This document shows positions 41,871 to 52,183 of a stretch of DNA of 63,746 nt, one piece after another. A model generated the notes under the pieces. That model ran no database searches. It saw only the letters and a list, made by a program, of their open reading frames with translations, and had not been told where the DNA came from. This DNA is from Tubiluchus corallicola (lineage: Eukaryota; Animalia; Priapulida): positions 310,001-373,746 of the forward strand of contig JAQGDQ010000042.1 in the NCBI GenBank assembly GCA_030141605.1. Reading direction: 5' to 3'. Both the position numbers and the translations under genes were made by a program. Positions within the stretch are counted from its first letter, which is position 1. The number at the start of each line of letters is the position of its first letter.

Positions 41871-44248
41871 GCCTTAACTCGAGCATGTTAACCCGTTTAT
41901 CTGTTAGCGGTGAACAGCGTAGGGTTGAATATCTGTGATACAGTTGTTTTCAACTCGAGTTAACACCCTTCACTCTAGTTTCCTGAAAAGGTAGGCCGAC
42001 AATTCAGCTGTAATTCAAGGCTAATTAAATGAGTACGTAAGTAGTGTAAAATTGTTTAAACATTGTATTGGAAAAAGCGACAAGGACGTTTTTCATTTTT
42101 ATCGCAACAGATCGGTTTTTGTTGTGCTAGCATTTTTTATCATTTTAAATTTTATTTTTGACCTTTGACCTACATATTATATCAATATTATTTATATACG
42201 TACATAATTTATGAATTTGTAAATAATTGGATATTCATAGTATGCTGAAAAGATAATCGAGAGAAAATAAGGTTCGGAGAAGTCCGTTACATGTATATTA
42301 TAAAGCATATGTAATTAATGTAGTATATATACTTAAACCTAATGTTATGTGTGTTAGCTTTAAATCCATACGTTGCAAATAGGTATTTTATATCAAGTGT
42401 ATATAAAACTGGCTATGTAAAAGTTGAAAGTTTGGGCCATTCTGGCTAAAATAGTGAATCACAGTCAATCACTGAGGGACAATATAATTTTCATGTTGGT
42501 TCATCGACAGTTGGAATGAAGTATTTAACATGATTGTAAACGCGAAAGCTTATAAGTAATGGCACAATACAAGCAATTATGGCTTCCGGATTTGACAGAA
42601 ACGAATAAGGAAGAATGCAAAACGGAAATACAAACTGGTGGGAAGAAGGAAACGAATGGACCAGAAATAGACTGTGTCATTACTAGGAACGATATTGGTT
42701 ACTATCGTATGCAAAACCCCACAGACCACGTAGTAATTATTGCAAATAGAAAGCAAATTTATTTTATGGCGGGTTCCATGAAAGGCCTACTGAAGATTAT
42801 ATGAGTATTAAATAGAGATTCGAAAATTTTGTTAACAGTTTTTGTATACGCAGCTATTTCACATGCATACATCATTTGAAACCACGTTGGCTGTGGGTTT
42901 CTAGGTAGACACGCCCAGCAACGAGTTTCTGGTGCGCCATTGCGCAATATTATGCAAGATGATGTTAACGCGTTAATTAAAGGAAACATCTCAATTAGTG
43001 AGTCATTTTCTGAGGTATGCAGGCTGATCTTGGAAATATTTAAGCACCCTGTCATTATTAGGTTTCACCATTTATAAAAGTGCACAGAAATTTAAAAAAT
43101 ATGAAAATCATATATTAAAATAAAAAAGCGGTATGCCATTAAAATAAAATAATCATGTCCTCTATTGTCGTGGCTACTTTCATGTAAGGTTGCAAAGTTG
43201 CAGGCTTCGTGTTAAAGCAATTTATGCCTAGCATGTTCGAAACAGTGCATAACTTTGAAATATAATTAATAATTCAATAATTTTAATTGCAGTATGTATA
43301 AGATCAAGAGTGATGAACTCATGAAAAATGCACAAAATGTGAAATGGTCGTCCACAATTTTAAAATACGTCTGGTGTTTACAATCATATTTCATATTTAT
43401 TTTTATCCTATTCTGTACAGGCCTGCGCAATATGTCGCTGCAAAAATAGTGTATTATCAAATTGATTATTGCACAAACACGAATGCAGATTATAGATTCA
43501 CATTAAAAATACCCGCTACAGTTTGTGCAGTACCTACCAACTCGGTAATTGTTATAATGATAGTAGTGAATACGTGTCCTTCAGGTGTGGTGCATGTATG
43601 ATGTATAACCTTCGGCTTAGGCGAGCTTGCTTTGTTATTAATGCCATAAGCCATTCTTATCTGAGACCTGAGTAAATGGCTCAGTGACTAGCTACCAGTT
43701 CTAGTATCACACAAAATCATCACTTCTCTAAGTAGAACCACCAAAAGTAATGCGGATCTCAATAATGACCGTGTTCTGGACACACTAAGTACATAAAAAA
43801 ACGCAAGTTCTTTTTGATGATTTAAGTACTCTTTTACATAAAGAAATAATTAACGTAAAAATCCCACACTTAAAATAAGAGGAAAAACCCGACGCTTCAA
43901 ACTGCGGCTGTAGTTTATTTTTAGGTAATAAAAGAAAAATATCTCATGGAATGACTATGCTATTTTTGTTTTTTATGTTGTTAAAACGTATAAATGTCAC
44001 ACTTAAAAAGGCTAAAATGATACAATAAGCCGGAGAAACACAGAACCACGGCAAACAAAAAACACACTGGGAAAGCGCAGAAGCGCTTTTTGCTTGCTGT
44101 ACTTCTGTGTTTTTTCTACGTGATTGTATCTTTTTGAGTGTGACATCTTTGTGTGTAAGTACGCCCCCCCCACCCCCAAAGTACTTATTAGTAATTCTAT
44201 GTGAACATTTTCTTTTTTCACTTTCTGATAATAAACTACAACCGTTAT

Positions 44249-44331
44249 TGAAACAGTTTGAAACCAAGCGTGAAAATAAATCTAAGTTATAGTAAAAGAT
44301 TTATTTTCACAATTGGTTTCAAACTGTTTCA
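44249..44331. repeat. Near-perfect inverted repeat (35-bp arms, 13-nt loop)
   Basis: TGAAACAGTTTGAAACCAAGCGTGAAAATAAATCT / AGATTTATTTTCACAATTGGTTTCAAACTGTTTCA; 33/35 complementary. Confidence 0.9.
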
Positions 44332-46569
44332 CTGACTTTGTGGTTTTATTTCTCCAAATTTTTATCTTGTAAGTCTCTTATATGTCTTTTGACTTTTTTT
44401 CTATTTTAATTGTATTCACACCTTGTATTCAGTTTTACTGCTATGGTGTGACTTTTTGTCATTATTTATTTACTTACTTATTTGTCATTTGGAATTAAAT
44501 TTGTGTTACGTAAAAATCTTTAATTAACAATTTTAGTAATACTCTGGATAATTTCTTTTTTTTAGTTCTTCTCTGCTGCTTGAAATCGTAAATTGCATTT
44601 GTCAAAAAGCATAATAGAGAATTTGAACCGCTCACGTTTACCCGCTGGAATTTGCAATTGTAATTACTGTACAATTATAGTCCTGAACATCTGTCGCCTG
44701 CAAGTTGAATTAATCCTACATTGATTGTCCTCTTCCAAGCACTAACCAGTGTTTCTCACACTACGAAAAAAGACATTTAATATTTGTTTAATTTGTAATT
44801 TTAGAATGCAGAAAGCGGCAGATGTTAAGTTCGACATCTTGATAATAATGCTTACATTTAAATAAGTCCATAACAGTAGAAGATAAAACCGTTGATGATA
44901 AACCATTTAAGCATTTTAGACACTGTTTTTCTGTCCTAGTACTAAACATGAAAAATGTAGGTGTCCGTCTTAAATGTACCTACACATTTCACACTATTTG
45001 AGTTAAAAAAATAATAATAAATGTTACCGCTTTTTACTACATTTAAATAGTTTGACATTGGTTGATCAATTATTTAACAGTTATGTCTACATAACGTTGT
45101 ATGTAGATTGTCTATAGTGTATGAATACCCAATATATAATGTGCTCAGCTAGCACCCGCCTTTAGAAAACAAACAATTATAGGTTGTAAAGCTTTTACCA
45201 AACCATTTCAATGCACAAACAAATCCCTCTGTTGTTAAAAAAACAAATGTATGTAAGCTTTAAAATTGACAAAAATTTTTTTTAATGTTCTAACATTTTG
45301 AGCTCTTAATTAATTTACTAAATTTGTATATGTCTGTTTTGCTATCTGGCACTTGAAATTATAATTTATATACTGCATTGCTATCCGGTATTTGCAACCA
45401 GTAATTATTGTTACTGTTTTGAAGATAGAAAAACGTTACGGTAAAAATTAACTAAATAAATAGTTAAAAGCAAAGTAATTATAGCCTTATTAAACACCTT
45501 CGCGTCTTAACTGTTATAAATGATGGGAGCAGCTTGAGACTTAGATTTTATTTTATCTAGGGTAGTTCTACAGTGACAACAACGTAATCAATAATTATTT
45601 CACTATATAGCTACACTGCCTAGTTCAGAGCGGTCTCCTGAATACATTAGTTACGTAACTAGAACGTATCGTCTGCTAGATTAATCCACTACGTCACAAG
45701 CTAGCTAATCAATACCTATAATGAAGGTAGACTCAGAACTAGTAAAATGTTTACTGCAGACCCTATAGTAAGCAATTAACGAAGCCCAGTGCCGTAACTG
45801 TAATTTTACACTCGCTGCAAAATAATTCAGTAAGCACTTGTTTATAGAAAGGCAAAATTTTGTGCAGCCAAGTGACCCACAAATGCGCTACAATTTTTAA
45901 AATTAGGTATAAAAATCTCACAAAATGTCTTATCAAACTTCGTAATTTCATGCCGAAGTGTCTGGTAAACGTATTTACATATTACTTTGGTGCCCTTGGC
46001 GGCTCCTTACGAGAAAGGGCCCCTCTGTGCCACGGATCCACTGCAACATTGCCTGTTTAAGATGTCTAAATATTTGGAAAATTCATTTTGTATGTTGAAG
46101 TAATCCTAAGACATTTCATAAGCGAAGCTCTTAAAAAACTGTAAAACACACACTAAAACCAATTCTTGCAACAAAAAATCCAGTATTCAGCAATCGTTGG
46201 TGAACAACAAATCCTAATATTCAGCAATTATTTTGTAAACTTTTATATTTACACTATTTTTTGATATAGTTAAGTATATAGTTAATAAGTAGCTCTTCGC
46301 TTTGACAGCAGATGTCATCATTTCTTAGTTCATATAAGAGCTAAAGGAGCGAACAGTGAGAATTTTGTACCACTTTATCGCGTTTCTTCTTTGCGGGGTA
46401 ACACAATGTATTTGAATTGCAATTGTCAAGTAGCTGGACCAGTTTTTCAACAAATGAACCAGTTTTCACTGTGCAATTTATTTCTGTTCTAGAATTTAAA
46501 CCTTGTTTAAGCGATTTGTTCAGTGCCACATTTTGCTTTCTTAATAACACGTTCTCCAGCGCATGCGCA

Positions 46570-46815
46570 ATGGAGTGGTCAGTCGTGACCTCATTTGCCC
46601 TAGATTAACCCTATGGCAGAAGACTGTATTGACCAACACTGGCCAATAGCCTTCGCCCTCTCCTGTTTACTTAACATGCCATGGATAACAAATAAGCAGC
46701 GGCTCTTATCGGTCAAGGCCCTCTACGCCAGAAGTGACCAAGCAATGGGCAGTGGTCAACTGAGGACACGATTTAGCCTATTGTAATAGCAAGAATTCTA
46801 GGCAGCGTGGTCAAC
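46570..46815. promoter_or_regulatory. Cluster 2 of nuclear-receptor half-sites
   Basis: TGGTCA-gtcg-TGACCT 46576-46591; TGACCA 46630 and 46735; CGGTCA 46710; CAGTGGTCA 46750; GCGTGGTCA 46805. Confidence 0.5.
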
Positions 46816-47459
46816 CCAGGGCAAGTACGAAGATAGCCTCTTGAAAATGGATGGAACTGGACACTGTTTAAACGTTAAATATTGAAATCTATTGAGACAA
46901 AGGACAAAAGCAGCAGCAGATTACCAGAATTTTTGAGATCTTACTTACATATCAGCTTTTACAAAATCAAAACCTTAAAATTGAATATACTTACTTATCT
47001 TGGTTTATAAATTACTTCAAGTAACACTGTTAAATGCAAAACAGTAAACGTGCTTTATGTTTCCATGTCTGAAAAACTTAATAGATTATAATTTTATTAT
47101 ATTCTTTAAACATATTCATATTATACAATGAGAACCAAATTTAATGTGTAACATTTCCACGACTTTTTCATCTCATTTGTAAATCTAATCATAAACAGTT
47201 GATTTGAAGGGAAATACATTGAACATACGACATACGAACTTGGACATACGAATTCACATTGCCTTGTGTCATCTTTTAACCTCTTGTTTGAGTATGAAAT
47301 GGTTAGGTGATACCCTTCTGAATTTCTACCTTGTAAGAGAACTGAAGCTCATTCTTAAGTTATTTCCACTGTAGATGTCATTACGCCACCTACGTCTCGT
47401 GTCAACACGCACTTGTGCAGTTTCTGACTTTTTCAAATTGATTCGCTGACGATGCCGAT

Positions 47460-47640
47460 CTTAATGACAACAGTGCCGATAATAACGGTGGCAATAACAA
47501 TGGTGGTGATGATAATGACGATGGTGATCATGATGATGATGACGACGACGACGACGACGATGATGACAACGATGATGATCAAAATCATGATGGTGTGCAT
47601 GGAAAGAATGATGATTTTCAATGATGACAATAATTATGAA
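47460..47640. repeat. (GAT/GAC)n-rich microsatellite
   Basis: Directly visible. Confidence 0.9.
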
Positions 47641-47769
47641 AACGATGGACAACCAAAATTTTTTCAATGTTCTGAGTTTTCTTAGTTTAATAAAAGGTGA
47701 AAAAGAATAATACCTGAAAATGCGGTAATTTAATTAATGATTTCTATTACAGACTGCTCCAATGTAACA

Positions 47770-50700
47770 ATGATGCAACCATATCCTGGGCAGCATCCGT
47801 CTGCACATGATCATGAACCACATTCTTCCCAGAAGCCCAAGAAGAAGGGTGAGACCTACATCACTTCCGCTTTCAATGTGCTGCCCCCTTGTACAGTGTG
47901 TGGAGAAAAGTCGTCTGGCATGCACTATGGTGTGAACACGTGCGAAGGATGCAAGGTAATTCTCTAGGTTTATTATAATAAAAAATACCAAATCTAATCC
48001 ATGACTTCAGTTACTTATTTCATGGTGGCAGTAGTGATGATCATCATCGCCATCCTTATGGTGACTGATGCTTATTGCATTAGAGATCACCATTATTGAT
48101 GACAATTAATGACATGAATGAAAATAGCACAAAAAGACTGAAAAATTTACCTTCCTGCTGAGCCTCGAACCAAAGACTTTTGCTCTCCGGACACATTTGC
48201 TAAATGAATTTCGTATTGAGAAAAATCTTTTTCGTATGACAGCGAATACAGGAAGATTTGGTTAATCTTGGCGTTGAAAATGGTGTGGATAGACCACAAT
48301 TTAGAACACAAATTTGATTAGACTAGCGTCATTGAACTGACTGACTAGACTTGCCGTTTAGACAATCAGTTTTTTTTTCATTCAACTTGTTTGTTAGTTT
48401 TAGTTTGCCAGTTTAAACACTGATCGTAAAAAACGGACAACTAGAATTTTTTAAAATCATTCACTTTATGTGTGTACGTCTTAGGGTTTCTTTCGTCGAT
48501 GTACCCAAAAATCAACACCAGATTTTCAGTGTATATTTGGAGATGGAAAATGCGTTGTACAAGGTGCTAGCAGGAATAAATGCCAATACTGCAGATACCG
48601 GAAGTGCCTACAAGTTGGAATGTCAAAAGGAGGCAAGTGTCGTGTCCAATTCATTGTGCGACTGAATATTGAAATTTGGGTCTTCCTTATGGTTTATCTT
48701 ATGTTTCCTTATGAATATCTTAAATAAAAGATGGTTGCTTAAAAGCTGCAAGTTGTTTTTGTCGAAAAATGACGCATGTAGATCCTCATATGGTATTAAT
48801 GTCTGCCTTGCCTAAGATAATTACTTTCAAGTCCCAATAGTTTGTTTAAAACTTTAACAAATTTGACTCTTTTTTAGCAATCAAAATTGGTCGTTACACA
48901 AAAGAATTAAAGATAAAGAATTTGGAGACAGCCCAGCAAGTGCAAGCGCTTTCCATGGAACCGGTGGTCAAACACCCTGTCCTATGTCAGGCGACTTCTG
49001 ATGACGTCATTTGTCTTGCACATAGTTTGCGGACCTTACATGGACAGACAAACGAATACAGGGAAGAACGGATACCAGAATTAATGCAACGTCAGCGAGA
49101 ATTTTTGGTAAATCTTAAAAAAACATGAAGAAATAGCAGAGTTTTTCCTTAAGATGTAGTATTAGCTACCTTATGCTAGAAAAACTCAGCGTTCTTCTCT
49201 TTGCATCCAGGGCTAGTTCTACTACTAGGCAAACTAGGCAATTACTTAGGGTGCCAAATTTGGGAGAGTGCCAAATTCTGGAAGCATTTTTTTAATTTTT
49301 AAGTTTGTCATGTAATTTCTTATTATATAGTCTAGTCTCACAAATCGCAATAGTCTAGTCTTGGGAAAAAACATTGCAATAGCATTTATCTACGGTAATT
49401 ATGACAGAAAACCTATAAAAAACGTAGCCTTTGGGGGTGTAATACAGGAAACGAAGGTAAAAAAGCTGACGAGTGGTGACATCGAATAGCAAAAAGATTT
49501 GCTAATAAGGTATTTGTAACTAGACCAGAGATGAAAAGGAAGATGTTTGGAATTCAAAAATTTTAAGATGAAAAGGCTGAATGAGAACCAAGCAAGTGTA
49601 TGTACAAAAATTGTGCTTGAAGAGTGTGCAGCAAAAATTGCACAAGTTTTGGTTTCTCCTCTCCATATATTTGTATGTGTTAAGCAAGTGTAGAGAACTA
49701 AATACATTTCATTATACTTCATCATGTACAATAAAAATTCAATTTTGGTGATCGTTGGGTTGACCTTTGAGGAGGGGTCGCTAAAAATACTTTTGCCTAC
49801 GTAGGGCCGGCCCTATTTACAGCTTACGTGTCTTTTATGTTTTCTTAGGGAGAGGCGACTGCTAAAGAAAACATTTTGTTCATGTGACTAAAATATGAAA
49901 AACTCGGGCTGTGGTTCAAGAATACAGCGTTAGTTTATTTTCCGTTTGATGTTAATTATGATTTTATAAATTATTCTGGAATTATTCTGGTATTAGTGAA
50001 AAAAGAAATCTAAAGAATATAACCCTGTCTACCACAGTTTTGGTGATTTTGCCCACTTGTACCCTTATTTACACTTCACGAGGCCTTATTTCGCCCTCTG
50101 TTTCATTAAAAACGCTGTCGGGCTCCGGCTATGAATACCTTGTGCGAAATGATTGTGGACACGTAAGCGAGGCAATCATTGCAAGTCCACAATTCGTAAT
50201 GGCTTCTCTAGACTTTAAAAACCCACGACGGATAAAGCATTTTCTGCTTAGTATAAATCGGGTTCATAACACAAATTGCACCAATTTCAATTTTGCTTTT
50301 TGTTTTGTTATAAATTAGTTTTCAGTAGTCGTACCACATTTTCCCGCATTTAATACGTTTTCAGGAGCTTCGAAGTCGTTATCAACCAGAGCAGCCAGAT
50401 GGCGACACTAACATGGTTGAGCATGTAGCTCAGAAATTACTGAAGCCAGGTATACAAATGGCAATGCAGTTTGCCAAAGGCATTCCTCAATTCTCCGAGT
50501 TAAACGATGAGGATCAGGTGACTCTGCTAAAACCAGCCATAGCAGAAATGTGGTTTATTTGTGCAACTCGAACTTTCAATTTCGAATATGGCTGCTACAC
50601 GCTTCCAGATGGCACCACTGTGGACAGGCTAACGTTTCCGCAGAGTAACTTGGTTGACTGTTTACTTGATGTAGCTGCTAAAGTTCGGGCCTTGCAGTTA

Positions 50701-51943
50701 ACAGATGATGAAATTAGCATCATTCGTGCCATCTTGCTTTTTTCACCAGGTATATTCACCTGTTTTTTTAATCACTCATAATAAAATTCTTGCTTTTGTT
50801 TCTTTAAAAGCCAAGTCTGTAGCCACAAATAAGCTTCACCAAAGTTAACAATTATTAACAATTTGCTTAGGGTTAATAATTGTAGACAATTAGTTTACAT
50901 ACATCACAATTATTAAGCGAAATGTTTGCCTATAATAAATAAAGAATAACTGTATGAATTTCAAGAAGATTTTCTTAGTTTTAGAGTTTTATCACTTAAT
51001 ACACAGTCAGTTGTCTAAATATCAGTCTCTAAAACTGGTACGATGAACATTTAGAAAGAAATGCTGCACTATATTTTTAACTGCACCAAATGGCACTTTA
51101 AAGGAAAGCAAAAGTTTTCACATCTACTTGGGAAGTCGTAATTCTCAAGTCTCACAGAAGATGTCAACTAACAATCAATCATAAAAGTCATTACAGTGCT
51201 AACCAACTGTTACAATGATGTGACATAAAGCTGTGCAGTAAATGTTGAGCTGCTACCTTTTGCATGGGCAAGACTTATTCATATGAATGGAATGTTAGGC
51301 TTAGTTATACATCCTTTACTAATCAATGAAAAAAAAGTTACCGAAATTTTATATATGTGATATAATTATAATAATCATTATTTCAGATCGTCCAGGTCTC
51401 AAAGAACCACACAAAATAAGACTAATACAGGGTCAGTTAATGGAAGCTCTAAAGTGGGTAATGTCGACGAGTAGTCGCAGAAGTCACCACACGGCTGGAG
51501 CGGCCATGATGGCCATCAGTGATCTTCGCAATGCTTTGGTCCAGTATGGCAGCTGGTTGCTTGGTCTCAAAGTTGGCAACGACCTTGACAGTTTTGCCAC
51601 TTCTGCAGAACAACCAAAAACCCGACGCCGTGCATCAGAAAGTGACATTGACTCTAGCCCCGCTGCCCACAAGCATCCTCGTTTCTCTGGTGCTGAGTTT
51701 CCTAGCTATATACCTACCACATCTCATTCACACACATTAGCTGCTGCGCTACTCTCCAGTAATTTTTTACCAGCAGCTGCAGCTGCTACACCTCAGCTAC
51801 CTCGAAGAAGCAGCACAAATGGATTACCTCAGAATAATGGTCGTACCTCCTTCTCACCAAAAATATCCGAAAATTTACATCTACCTTCACCCGTGAGAGA
51901 TCATTCACCTACCTCTAGGAACGGCGCATCCAATTCTAGTTGA
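47770..51943 (+). CDS. Nuclear hormone receptor, NR1 subfamily (E75/E78/NR1P-like), ~501 aa
   Basis: Exons 47753 (ATG 47770)-47955, 48485-48632 (GC donor), 48878-49107, 50365-50749 and 51387-51943 join in frame. C4 zinc fingers [27 protein letters not shown]...CIFGDGKC...[27 protein letters not shown]; LBD signature [21 protein letters not shown] and LFSP-DRPGL. The true start may lie in an upstream exon. Confidence 0.95.
48633..48877 (+). other. GC-AG intron in the nuclear receptor
   Basis: GGAG|GCAAGT ... ttttAG|CAATC restores the conserved GMSKGAIKIGRY. Confidence 0.85.
49208..49815. mobile_element. Decayed hAT-type MITE, ~610 bp, in a nuclear receptor intron
   Basis: Ends CAGGGCTAGTTCT ... 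AGGGCCGGCCCTA. Flanks TTTGCATC / TTTACAGC match 6/8 (aged 8-bp TSD). Confidence 0.6.
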
Positions 51944-52079
51944 AGATGCTCTTCTTTAGGCAAAAATATCAGTATAAATGATGCTTAGCTTTTTCTATAT
52001 GATGCCACGGATGCTGTTTTGCATATTTAAGTGGTTACGTTTCATTAATTGTGTGTTGCACTATGCGAAATTGAATTTA

Positions 52080-52183
52080 TTACATTACATTGCATTACAT
52101 GACATTATATCACATCACAAATGTCACATCGCATCACATCACAAACATCACATCACATCACATTACTTTACATCAAATCACAT
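52080..52183. repeat. (CACAT/TACAT)n pentanucleotide repeat in the nuclear receptor 3' UTR
   Basis: Directly visible. Confidence 0.85.

Noticed and set aside
42559-42804. 81-aa ORF as a real gene or exon
   Set aside because: No recognisable motif and no convincing splice partners; possibly a decayed repeat fragment.
49849-49890. Extra nuclear receptor exon after ttcttAG at 49848
   Set aside because: In the required phase it stops after 12 codons, and exons 49107 to 50365 already join in frame.
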